Positions 54,256 through 63,159 of a stretch of DNA of 64,000 bases are shown piece by piece. The position numbers were made by a program, and so were the translations under genes. This DNA is from a virus (lineage: Duplodnaviria > Heunggongvirae > Uroviricota > Caudoviricetes): the IMG/VR virus record IMGVR_UViG_3300027977_000006; one strand, 5' to 3'. The notes under the pieces are model-generated. The model was not told the origin of the DNA and did not search any database. It saw only the letters and a list, made by a program, of their open reading frames with translations. The first letter of the stretch is position 1, and the number at the start of each line of letters is the position of its first letter.

Positions 54256-54327
54256 TAGTCAGGACAAGATTCGAACTTGTATTCTATTACTTCCGTAATC
54301 GCCATTACCATTATCGACCACCTGACT
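54256..54327 (-). tRNA. tRNA-like element (72 nt): 7-bp acceptor stem AGTCAGG/CCTGACT, discriminator A, T-arm ACAAG-TTCGAAT-CTTGT. The anticodon and D region is non-canonical (GTAAT-GGCG-ATTAC-GGAA-GTAAT alternative hairpins)
   Basis: Hand folding; driven by the promoter-like element at 54454-54490. The overlapping plus ORF 54183..54452 is implausible. Confidence 0.4.
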
Positions 54328-54453
54328 ATGTTTTAGGAAAGAGGAAGATGGGCGTGTGGACATCCTCTTTTACGATTGGCGTTACTAGCACGCACCTCCG
54401 ATACCAAACCAAATTGTGTGGCATCATTCCCCAATCAACCTATTTATTTTAGT

Positions 54454-54490
54454 AATGCAAAGGTAGATAAAATTTTTTAAATTTGCAAGT
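54454..54490 (-). promoter_or_regulatory. Early-type promoter variant (AATGCAAAGGTAGATAAAATTTTTTAAATTTGCAAG)
   Basis: -7 TACCTTTG; weaker -33. Confidence 0.4.
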
Positions 54491-54611
54491 TTAGAGCAAT
54501 TTTTTTTTAAATCTGTAGCCAACCCACCATAAATCAACTCTAAAAAACCAGTCTCCAATATGTTTCCCAAAACCTATTCTAAGCATTCTATTATTAGAAT
54601 CCAAAAGTATT

Positions 54612-54794
54612 TTATTTATTTGTATCATTTGGTTTACAGCTTTCGCAATATTGTGGTTTTAGGTGTTTTTCTCCTTTACATGCTTTATGTTCATCTTCAG
54701 TGAATTCATAACCAACTTTAATTATCTTGCTACAAGCAGAGCATAATAAAGCTAGGTTACCAGAATTAAATTTGAATATAGCTTTTCCCTTCAT
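54612..54794 (-). CDS. Small zinc-ribbon protein (60 aa; CSAC…CESC)
   Basis: CxxC…CxxC. Confidence 0.45.
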   Translation of the reverse strand: MKGKAIFKFNSGNLALLCSACSKIIKVGYEFTEDEHKACKGEKHLKPQYCESCKPNDTNK

Positions 54795-54837
54795 TTTGGT
54801 GTATTATTAAAAATATTTGAAACTTCCAAATTTAATC

Positions 54838-54960
54838 ATAAAAATCATCAAATGAATCCATGATACTATCTATAATATCAACACCCATTTTTTTGAGGAT
54901 GAGGTAAGCTACTATGAGAATAACCCCAAATGATAATAAAAATATTAACCAGTTCATATT
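54838..54960 (-). CDS. small membrane peptide (~40 aa, MNWLIFLLSFGVILIVAYLILKKMG…)
   Basis: Below the ORF-track cutoff; a single transmembrane helix. Confidence 0.25.
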
Positions 54961-54973
54961 ATTTAAAATTATA

Positions 54974-55017
54974 AAACCCCTTGCCTTTTTTTTTGACAAG
55001 GGGTTTATTTTTATTTA
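54974..55017 (-). terminator. Terminator hairpin (CCCCTTG…CAAGGGG) with flanking T-runs, after 55021..55833
   Basis: 7-bp GC stem. Confidence 0.45.
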
Positions 55018-55020
55018 TTA

Positions 55021-55833
55021 TTACTTGTGAACAAGGTTATAAAATGTTTTGGAGTTGTCGCCAACAACTTGTGGTGTAGGACATCCAGCTTTAACCCAAC
55101 CTTCGATTGCCATTTTTTGTAGGATTTCATCAGTCAAACCTTTTGACAAGATAATGTTTTCTTGTGCTTTAAGTTCTGCGAGTTCATTCTTTTTCCGTTG
55201 TTCTTGAATTTGTTGGTCAAGCACTGACAAGTTTGTATTAACTTCGTTACGATTATCAATCTTTTCTTTTACCTTTGCACTAAAGTCAAGGTTGCAGCTG
55301 AATGATATGAGTTTCAAACCTTTTTCTTCGAATGATTTTAACACTAGTACTTGTACTCTTTCTTCAAATTTAAGTGAACCACCATTAGCCATTAGAGAGT
55401 CTGTAACATATTTACGGCTTTCTTCTTTGATAATATCATAGATGTGTGGTTCAAGTACGTTATCTTCAAGGGCTGACATGAATTCATTTCCGCTTCCTAG
55501 TCGAGCATTTTGAAAAACAACATCAACAGCACGGTCTTCAATAACCCTATAAGAATAAAGTGGTTTTGATGTAAATTCTGTATTGTCAGCTGCTTTTAGG
55601 TGTAACGTAGCACCTCCAAAGTTTGCACGTTGTTCAAATAGGGGGACTTGATAAAGAGAGGTACCAGGAGCGATTACGGATACACGGCCTTTTACATTTT
55701 GGAAATCTGATTTTCCATTTTTACCAAAGTTTGTCATAAGTACACCTTGATAGTTTGGTTGTACTGATTCGCATGATTGCATTAAGATTGCTAATACGAA
55801 GATTGCTAGAATTGATTTGAAACTTTTTTTCAT
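55021..55833 (-). CDS. SPFH/band-7 domain lipoprotein (signal peptide with lipobox ILMQSC)
   Basis: MKKSFKSILAIFVLAILMQSC plus an SPFH-like core NFGKNGKSDFQNVKGRVSVIAPGTSLYQVPLFEQ. Confidence 0.5.
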   Translation of the reverse strand: MKKSFKSILAIFVLAILMQSCESVQPNYQGVLMTNFGKNGKSDFQNVKGRVSVIAPGTSLYQVPLFEQRANFGGATLHLKAADNTEFTSKPLYSYRVIEDRAVDVVFQNARLGSGNEFMSALEDNVLEPHIYDIIKEESRKYVTDSLMANGGSLKFEERVQVLVLKSFEEKGLKLISFSCNLDFSAKVKEKIDNRNEVNTNLSVLDQQIQEQRKKNELAELKAQENIILSKGLTDEILQKMAIEGWVKAGCPTPQVVGDNSKTFYNLVHK

Positions 55834-55859
55834 TTTTTTTTTGTTTTTAATTAATTTTT

Positions 55860-56036
55860 TAGTCTTTTTTGTTAATATAATTTTTGATGTCATTTTCAAG
55901 GTAGACACCTGCACCTATTAGGGCTCCGAGAATTACTGCTATACCACCCCAAGCAGTTAGGAAATTAAATACGTACCATCCTACGTAAAGGACCAGCAAG
56001 AATACTAGAATTTTTAAACTTGTTCTTAAAATCATA
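55860..56036 (-). CDS. small membrane protein (59 aa, 2 transmembrane segments; MILRTSLKILVFLLVLYVGWYVFNFLTAWGGIAVILGALIGAGVYLEN…)
   Basis: Just below the ORF-track cutoff; promoter at 56053-56095. Confidence 0.35.
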
Positions 56037-56089
56037 TTTTTTTTATTTTAGTAATGCAAAGGTATGGAAAATATTTGAACTTTACAACT

Positions 56090-56488
56090 TTAATTAAAAA
56101 TTTGTTTTAAAGTTTTATAAACCTTTAGCATATGTGATTTATTTTCATATATTGACATAAATGAACCGACAGGTTCTTTCACCGTAAATAATATTTTTGT
56201 AAAGAAATTGTTATTAAAAAATCTTGACTGACATGGTTCCAATATTTCGGCACAATCAGCTTCTGATGTCAACATACCACAGACCCAGTGCTCTTTATGC
56301 TTTTCCAATAAAATATAAGGGTGTACAAATATGGGGTGCATAAAGACATCACCAACTTTAAATTCATTTGGGGTTACCTTAGATGAAGTATTGGGCAAAG
56401 CATTTGCCCAACCTAGAATTTTATCTCTATCAGGTTGTGGCAAATGTGACATAAGCTTGACCTTTTCTATTAATTGCGATTTATCCAT
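56090..56488 (-). CDS. hypothetical protein (132 aa)
   Basis: ORF; promoter at 56489-56530. Confidence 0.5.
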   Translation of the reverse strand: MDKSQLIEKVKLMSHLPQPDRDKILGWANALPNTSSKVTPNEFKVGDVFMHPIFVHPYILLEKHKEHWVCGMLTSEADCAEILEPCQSRFFNNNFFTKILFTVKEPVGSFMSIYENKSHMLKVYKTLKQIFN

Positions 56489-56515
56489 GATGCAAAGGTA
56501 ATAAAAGGAAATGAA

Positions 56516-56854
56516 TTATGCAAATGTTTTTCTAAGATTTTGTAATTCTTCTTTAACTATTTTGTTAATGGCAAGTTGTTCAGCAATGTTTCTTTCTATT
56601 GTAGTGGCTAATTTATTAAGTCTACGTTTTAATAGCGTTTCTTCGCTATTTCCTTGACCTTTAAGACAGATAAAGCAGTCCCAAGGTATGTTCTTCTTTT
56701 CACCGTTTTTAACGACAACAAAGTACTCTAATTTTATTTCATGGACTTTGAAGCACCCAGTGAATGACTTGATGTGAACAAAGTCACCATCAAAACATGG
56801 CTTAGGTTTTTTATAGAGTTCACCATTTATTTTATAGTACCACGGATTGTTCAT
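56516..56854 (-). CDS. hypothetical protein (112 aa; start MNNPWYYK)
   Basis: Internal start avoids a 90-nt overlap. Confidence 0.45.
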   Translation of the reverse strand: MNNPWYYKINGELYKKPKPCFDGDFVHIKSFTGCFKVHEIKLEYFVVVKNGEKKNIPWDCFICLKGQGNSEETLLKRRLNKLATTIERNIAEQLAINKIVKEELQNLRKTFA

Positions 56855-56864
56855 ATGACAAAAT

Positions 56865-57335
56865 TTATTTAAACCAAAATGGGATTTCTCTTTCTTTCCA
56901 GTTAGCGAAACTACGTTTTTCAGCGATATAGTATTGTCTGTATGAATCAACAGCATTACCTATTTTACATTCATCTGGCATTGCTAAAGCAAATGTAGTG
57001 ATATTACCATTTACACGTAAATTAGGTTTATGAACCATAGCCCATTCAATTATGTCTTGTGACTTATGACGTTTACCATAACGATAGGTATATTCCTCAC
57101 ACAGTTCAATACCCAACTCACAAAGCCAATTGTAGTTTTCAATACATTCTCTGGCCCAAATGCAACAAGGATGATTCTTATGTGACAACCCATATGGTAT
57201 GTCAAACAAGCTATTTGTCATATGATGAACCCCACATAAAATTTGGCTTGTTTCCAGCACCATTTTGACCACGTGTTTGTCAACGTGATATTCAGCACAT
57301 TTCTTGGTATCGGTATCTAGGACAAATATATTCAT
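56865..57335 (-). CDS. hypothetical Cys/His-rich protein (156 aa)
   Basis: ORF. Confidence 0.5.
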   Translation of the reverse strand: MNIFVLDTDTKKCAEYHVDKHVVKMVLETSQILCGVHHMTNSLFDIPYGLSHKNHPCCIWARECIENYNWLCELGIELCEEYTYRYGKRHKSQDIIEWAMVHKPNLRVNGNITTFALAMPDECKIGNAVDSYRQYYIAEKRSFANWKEREIPFWFK

Positions 57336-57658
57336 TATAGTTCAATTAGCGTTTTATTTTCGATTATACGATACTTTTCTCTATTAATAGCGTTTGCATC
57401 TGTTTGATGTTCAAAGTTGATTAAAAGCCTTAAAACTACCAAAAATTCATAATCTAGTTCCTTAATCTTTTTATCAAACTTTATACCATTACCATCATTG
57501 GTTATTGACATAATCTTTTCACCTCTAACATGTGAATACCAGATTTTGCTATTTGACCGATAAGCGGTAATTTTTTCACCTTCATCAGTAAGTTCTTTCA
57601 CGATGTCGTATTCGTGCTCACCTTCATGGTTCAATACCATGTATGTTTGTTTATCCAT
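57335..57658 (-). CDS. hypothetical protein (107 aa)
   Basis: ORF. Confidence 0.5.
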   Translation of the reverse strand: MDKQTYMVLNHEGEHEYDIVKELTDEGEKITAYRSNSKIWYSHVRGEKIMSITNDGNGIKFDKKIKELDYEFLVVLRLLINFEHQTDANAINREKYRIIENKTLIEL

Positions 57659-57673
57659 AATATAGTTTTTTTA

Positions 57674-58063
57674 TTAAATAAAAGGTAAATATCTGCTTGG
57701 TTTGGCTCCTTCACCAGACACATATTCTTCTGCACGTTGTTCAGACACGCCTTGTTCAAGGTATTCTTGTTTCTTTACCATTTGGAAGCCTTTAATCAAT
57801 GTCTGAGCCATTTTCTTGCTATCTTCATTACGACCATCTGTATGATAGTTTTCAGAAGCCATATCTTCAATTAGTTCTAGGAACATGCGGAACATGGATT
57901 GTTGTAGGGTTCTATGTTCACGTTTGAATGCTTCTGCAAACGCTTTGTTTGATTTGCGATAGTTTACATAATCCGATAGGGTATCGGTTATTTTTTTGGC
58001 ATCATAGAGTTCTTGTTCTTTTTTAAGAAGCTCCATTTCTTGTTGTTCAAAGTCTTGTATCAT
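57674..58063 (-). CDS. hypothetical protein (129 aa)
   Basis: ORF; promoter at 58079-58117. Confidence 0.5.
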   Translation of the reverse strand: MIQDFEQQEMELLKKEQELYDAKKITDTLSDYVNYRKSNKAFAEAFKREHRTLQQSMFRMFLELIEDMASENYHTDGRNEDSKKMAQTLIKGFQMVKKQEYLEQGVSEQRAEEYVSGEGAKPSRYLPFI

Positions 58064-58078
58064 ATTTATTAGTTTAGT

Positions 58079-58117
58079 AGTGCAAAGGTAAGTAAAGTTT
58101 TTGACACTACCAAATTT
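58079..58117 (-). promoter_or_regulatory. Consensus early promoter (GTGCAAAGGTAAGTAAAGTTTTTGACACTACCAAATTT)
   Basis: Motif match. Confidence 0.6.
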
Positions 58118-58974
58118 TATATGGGTAAATTTACTTTTGACAATATTTGATTTGAAACATGAGTATAAATTTCAGTAGTTTTAACACTAGAATGCCCTAG
58201 AATTTTCTGTATTAATTTTAAATCCGTTCCATTTTCTAGAAGATTTGTGGCACAACTATGTCTTAGAGTATGTATATGTCCAGACAATTCAATGTATTTT
58301 TTATACATTTCTTGACAACTTCTTACAGAATATTGATTTGTCATTTGGCCATTAAATAGATATTCAGTTGGTCTATATTCTTTAAAATATTCTCTCAGTA
58401 GATTGAGGACATTTTGTGATAATGGGACCACTCTATCTTTCCTACCTTTAGCATTTTTTATATGAACCAGCATCCTTTTTGAATCAATATCTTCAATTTT
58501 TATATTGACAATTTCAGAAACTCTTAAACCAACTGAATATGTTAGTGTGAGAATTGCTTTGTGTTTAAGATTTTCAATTTTAGATAATCTTTCTTTGATA
58601 AATTCTCCATCAATAACTCTTGGAAGTTTCTTCTCTGATTTTGGTCTGTTAAAATTGACTTTATCATATTTTTTATCAAGCCCGTATTTGTATAAAAAAC
58701 GGATTGCATTTATCACTTGATTCTGTTGAGAAACAGAGGAAAATTGATACTTGTCCAAGTAGGACTGAAAATTTTTGGAATTACAATGAATAATTTGCTT
58801 TTCACCTAAAGATTTAAGAAAGTCTTTGATGTGACTTATGTAATTATCTTTTGTTCTTGGAGAATAGTTTAAGTATATAAACTTTTGCTCACAAATCTTT
58901 ATAATTTTTTGATTCAAAGTATTGATTTTAAAGGGTTTAGGGTATACTTGTTTATATATGATAGTTAGCACCAA
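58117..58974 (-). CDS. int: Tyrosine recombinase / phage integrase family protein
   Basis: GLRVSE, box II HTLRHSCATNLLENGTDLKLIQKILGHSSVKTTEIYTHV (R…H-x-x-R…Y). Confidence 0.8.
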   Translation of the reverse strand: MVLTIIYKQVYPKPFKINTLNQKIIKICEQKFIYLNYSPRTKDNYISHIKDFLKSLGEKQIIHCNSKNFQSYLDKYQFSSVSQQNQVINAIRFLYKYGLDKKYDKVNFNRPKSEKKLPRVIDGEFIKERLSKIENLKHKAILTLTYSVGLRVSEIVNIKIEDIDSKRMLVHIKNAKGRKDRVVPLSQNVLNLLREYFKEYRPTEYLFNGQMTNQYSVRSCQEMYKKYIELSGHIHTLRHSCATNLLENGTDLKLIQKILGHSSVKTTEIYTHVSNQILSKVNLPI

Positions 58975-58981
58975 TACTACA

Positions 58982-59317
58982 TCAGTGCTTCGATTTATAA
59001 TATTCTATAAACCCTTTAAATATATCATAATCATTTTCTAACTTAGAAATAACACACCATTCTGAATACATTTCAAATATTTTAATAAAATCAGTTTCCT
59101 TAAATTCTACGTACAATTTTCTAGTTATAGGTATAAATAATGTTTGGAAATTTTCTTCGCAATTATCAACGTTTATTAAAAATTTAGTAAAATCTTCATA
59201 TAAGTGAGATAATTCTAATTTATTTTCTTCTGGTATTCCATCAAGGAAATAAAGTTTTTCGTATTTTTTAACTAATTCTTTCATATTTTTAAATTTAATT
59301 TTATTATTATAAGTCAT
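58982..59317 (-). CDS. hypothetical protein (111 aa)
   Basis: ORF. Confidence 0.5.
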   Translation of the reverse strand: MTYNNKIKFKNMKELVKKYEKLYFLDGIPEENKLELSHLYEDFTKFLINVDNCEENFQTLFIPITRKLYVEFKETDFIKIFEMYSEWCVISKLENDYDIFKGFIEYYKSKH

Positions 59318-59654
59318 TTTTTCTAATCTCCCACATTAAGGATTCATAGTGTTTTCGTCTTTTAGCGTAATCACTAGATAAAAATGTCTTACCATCTATC
59401 TTACCACTTAATTTTTTCCATCTTCGGTATATTAAATATAGTAATATTTTATCTAATATTTTAAACCCTTTATATTTATTCTCCATATGATAATAATTTT
59501 CTAAGGTTTCTACCAAAATCATTATCATAATTCTAAATTTATCCCTTAATGATATATATAATTCTTCATAACTAACGGATTGAACTGATTTTGTTTCAGT
59601 TATTTTAATATCAATATCTTTTTCCATAATTCTTTTTTTTTTACAAATATACAA
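59307..59654 (-). CDS. hypothetical protein (115 aa)
   Basis: ORF. Confidence 0.5.
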   Translation of the reverse strand: MYICKKKRIMEKDIDIKITETKSVQSVSYEELYISLRDKFRIMIMILVETLENYYHMENKYKGFKILDKILLYLIYRRWKKLSGKIDGKTFLSSDYAKRRKHYESLMWEIRKNDL

Positions 59655-59714
59655 CTAATTATTCAATTAATCAAGTTTACCTTAAATTCACCGTACTGGT
59701 GCTAACAAGGTGTA

Positions 59715-59790
59715 TAAGAAAGTTTGCTATCAGCAGTTGTGGTAATTATGAGAGTTTATCAAAGCAAACCTTCTCATACACCCAACCGTT
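59715..59790. repeat. Nested inverted repeat: outer GGTGTATAAGAA / TTCTCATACACC (11 of 12 bp), inner GTTTGCT / AGCAAAC, ~45-bp loop
   Basis: Seen directly; ~750 bp from the integrase gene. Confidence 0.5.
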
Positions 59791-59801
59791 ATACAACATA
59801 A

Positions 59802-60140
59802 TTAAATCCACTCTTCTATAAATTGTTGTAATGTTTGTCCTTTCTTACTATATTCCTTATCAAAATCTTCGTAATAATTACCATCACCATCATCATACCA
59901 TTCATAAAATTCTAATTTATATGTACCATCTTTTTGTGGTACAATTACCTTAGTTTTATTATCATCTTCATAATAATAAAGACCAGAATTTTTTGAATTA
60001 TCTTGTGTAAATCCGACACTTCGTAAGTATTCAATATCAGATTTTGATAATAACAAATTACGTTGTATAACACCAGATATATTCAAGTTTTTATCTGTGT
60101 TCTGTTCAAATGTTTTCAAATGTTTAAGTTCCTTTTTCAT
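59802..60140 (-). CDS. hypothetical protein (112 aa)
   Basis: ORF. Confidence 0.5.
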   Translation of the reverse strand: MKKELKHLKTFEQNTDKNLNISGVIQRNLLLSKSDIEYLRSVGFTQDNSKNSGLYYYEDDNKTKVIVPQKDGTYKLEFYEWYDDGDGNYYEDFDKEYSKKGQTLQQFIEEWI

Positions 60141-60202
60141 ATTAAAGTTTATTTGTATATATATATATATTAAAATAAAAACCTGAAATATATCTGTGTC
60201 CG

Positions 60203-60550
60203 TTATGTGTTATTTTTGGAACGTCTTTCCATAAATTCACGATATTTACCACCATACATACCAGCACCAATATCAATACATTCTTCTTCAAATATTGTTA
60301 ATGCTAAATTTTTATCTGTGGTATAGATATAAATCCATTCTAACGGGGAATCACCCATTGATAACCCATAATCAATGAAAATATTATCTTTACCTAATTT
60401 AATTTTATTCAGATAACCATGTTCGTGTTTTTCAAACGAATATTCATTACCATTTTTTTTAAAATCGTTAATTTCTATTAAAACGGGGGTTTCTATTTTT
60501 TTTGTGTTATAAACACAATACAATATTTCATTCATAATAAAACAACACAT
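60203..60550 (-). CDS. hypothetical protein (115 aa)
   Basis: ORF. Confidence 0.5.
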   Translation of the reverse strand: MCCFIMNEILYCVYNTKKIETPVLIEINDFKKNGNEYSFEKHEHGYLNKIKLGKDNIFIDYGLSMGDSPLEWIYIYTTDKNLALTIFEEECIDIGAGMYGGKYREFMERRSKNNT

Positions 60551-60671
60551 AACAAAGAATATAAGTAATAACCGAGTTATGTGGTTTATTTAAGTTATTA
60601 CTTTTTACAATCATTTATACGTAATTCAAAGTATTTTGTTTCAAATCGGTTACTACTTATATTCTCAACCG

Positions 60672-61409
60672 TTATCGGCAAGCGTAAGATGACCACTGCA
60701 CAGCCATAGCATTTGCAATTCCATCAAATGTTTTAGAACGATGTTTTTTAAATTCTGCTGTATCATAGCCATATTTTTTACCATCAATTTCAAGTTGCCT
60801 AACATTCCATTCACTTTGCTTTATCCCTCGACTATCTACATAATACTTCACTTCGTCAGCTACATTGTTTGTAGGTTCTAATTTTGGCAATCCTTTCAAC
60901 CATAAGCAAGTTGATTTTTTAACAGGGTCGCCAAATTCAAACGGCTGAATAATTTGTTGATGTTTTATTGGTAATCCATATTTTTCAGCCAAATCGGGAA
61001 AGTGTTCTTTAATATAATTTCCACTAATAATCCCTATTGGATTTTCAACTGCTACGAATTTGCAATCAACATCAAGGAATTTCATAAAAAAATCTATTGC
61101 TTCACGTTGTCTGCCATCTTCTCGTTTTTTAATAAAGTGCCTTGAACCACTTACTGCTAAATGTGTACAAGGTGGGTGTGCTATTATTATATCCCATTTT
61201 AGTTTTAGCAAGTCGGTTACATCGTGTTGAATATGCCATTCGGGATGTCCACCACTACAAGGGATAATATCACACGAAAATGCTTCGTGTCCTAATTTTC
61301 TAAATTCTTTTGTTACTGTTTGACTTTCTTCACAGGCAATCAAAACTCGTAAAACGCCAGCCGATAACACGGGTTTGGCAAAATGGCTGTTTAGTTCTTC
61401 TATCAACAT
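60672..61409 (-). CDS. Cytosine-C5 methyltransferase-like protein (motif IV AHPPCTHLAVSG with a catalytic Cys; motif VI VAVENPIG); motif I is degenerate (ACEESQ instead of F/AGxGG); only 245 aa
   Basis: PC and ENV motifs in the right order and spacing; no GxG SAM loop; no obvious target-recognition domain. Confidence 0.45.
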   Translation of the reverse strand: MLIEELNSHFAKPVLSAGVLRVLIACEESQTVTKEFRKLGHEAFSCDIIPCSGGHPEWHIQHDVTDLLKLKWDIIIAHPPCTHLAVSGSRHFIKKREDGRQREAIDFFMKFLDVDCKFVAVENPIGIISGNYIKEHFPDLAEKYGLPIKHQQIIQPFEFGDPVKKSTCLWLKGLPKLEPTNNVADEVKYYVDSRGIKQSEWNVRQLEIDGKKYGYDTAEFKKHRSKTFDGIANAMAVQWSSYACR

Positions 61410-61650
61410 TCGTTTTTAATTTTTAAGTTTAGTAATTCTATTTAGCTTCGGGTTCAACCACTTCGCCAAGCCCTAATCCGTTATACACAATTGCTTTTTT
61501 AAGTTATACGTAAATAATTAATTTTTGTTACAAGCAACTGTGTATAACAGCAAATATAACCAATGCTCTCAGTACTTCGTAGTAAAGTTTGTATGTTAAT
61601 TACCATAATTTTTATTTTTTTGCCCACGCACTTCAGTTTTTTCAAAACTG

Positions 61651-62196
61651 TTAGAGTTTTTTAATTTCATAACCAATTGGATTGATACCATCTTTTATTG
61701 TAACTTCTTCTTCGTGGTCAACAGAAACATTGTTATACACTGTATGATATATGTCAATATCATCCTTTTTAAATTTTGCGATGATAATATATGCAAACTC
61801 TTCGTCAGTCATATTAAATTGCGACATTATTGAACTAATATGGTCTTTAATCAATTTTTCATTTCTAACCCAATGTTTGCCTAAAAATTTAGTATTTAAT
61901 TTGTTTTCATCATCAAGAAAAACTACACGATATAATATAAATGTATTTGGAATATTTTTTAGTCCACCATTGTTGAAGTCGGTGTTAAAAATATTTTTAA
62001 TAAATTTTTTAGCTAATTGAATTGATTTACTTTTTGGTTCATCATAATCTATCCACGCACCTTGTTCTAAAGCATCGGTATTATTTACAATATCATTAGA
62101 TAAGTCATTAATAAATTGTTTTGAAAAATCTTCATTTAAATTATTTAATTCTTCTCTAATCAATTTGCGTATAAAATCTTCTTGTTTCGTAATCAT
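61651..62196 (-). CDS. hypothetical protein (181 aa)
   Basis: ORF. Confidence 0.5.
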   Translation of the reverse strand: MITKQEDFIRKLIREELNNLNEDFSKQFINDLSNDIVNNTDALEQGAWIDYDEPKSKSIQLAKKFIKNIFNTDFNNGGLKNIPNTFILYRVVFLDDENKLNTKFLGKHWVRNEKLIKDHISSIMSQFNMTDEEFAYIIIAKFKKDDIDIYHTVYNNVSVDHEEEVTIKDGINPIGYEIKKL

Positions 62197-62400
62197 AATA
62201 TTTAGTTTTTACTTTATATATAAATATTAAAGAATTAATTTCCCACCCTAAAAAATAAAAATTATTACATTTGTGTTTCAATCAAACTTTTGTGGTAGCA
62301 CTGGTTATATTTGCAACCGTTATATGCAATGCTACGTTTCTGCTTCGTATTAAGTTTCGTGGTTATAATCTTTTTATTTTATTTTTTCCCACCCATAAAT

Positions 62401-62925
62401 TTAAGAAAAAATATTATCATCTCCAATATCCCAAGTTCCATCATTTTCAACGGATTTTATTTGATTTGGTTTAAATGTAACATAAACAGTATCGGAATCT
62501 TGATAATCCTCATCGTCAAACCAAGCATCTTTTATATTTATAAAGATAATACCATCATATTTACTTCTATCAACATTTGCCACCACTTCTCTCGTTGATG
62601 TTCCATATTCTGTTTCAATATCATCCCATTTTTTATCTTTACCATCTACAATTAATGGTCTTTTAATACTCAAATAAACCTCATATACAGTTCCATCACC
62701 AGCATAGCCATCAGCATTAAAATAATCTGGTGTGAAATATGTATCACCCATAAAACTATCAAACTCTTCTGGTGAACCGTGATAAACTGGTAATGGTTTT
62801 CCATTATAAACAACTTTACTACCACTAAACCATTTTCTAAAATTATTATTTATATTGGTTTCAGTTTCTTGTTGTTCATTCAAATATTCACGTATAGTAG
62901 TTGCTATAAATTTTCTTAATTCCAT
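62401..62925 (-). CDS. hypothetical acidic protein (174 aa)
   Basis: ORF. Confidence 0.5.
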   Translation of the reverse strand: MELRKFIATTIREYLNEQQETETNINNNFRKWFSGSKVVYNGKPLPVYHGSPEEFDSFMGDTYFTPDYFNADGYAGDGTVYEVYLSIKRPLIVDGKDKKWDDIETEYGTSTREVVANVDRSKYDGIIFINIKDAWFDDEDYQDSDTVYVTFKPNQIKSVENDGTWDIGDDNIFS

Positions 62926-63159
62926 ATTATTAAATAGTTTACTTTATATATAAATATTCAAATTTTAAATTTCCACCCACAAAAATAAAACAAAAAGGTT
63001 CTGTGCTTTGTATCAACATTTCTACAATATATCCGCACTGCATATAACACGCTGTATAGTTAATAAGCCGTGATAGTTTTGTGCTTTGATTCGGGGCTGT
63101 GTGGTCGGCTTACATAACCATACAGCCATCCGTTAGCAGTAATAGTTTGCCAACGCACA

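Noticed and set aside
54183-54452. Plus-strand ORF (89 aa) overlapping the tRNA-like element
   Set aside because: The translation is poly-Phe/Tyr-rich nonsense. The region is explained better by a leftward promoter-driven RNA with a tRNA-type acceptor stem and T-arm.
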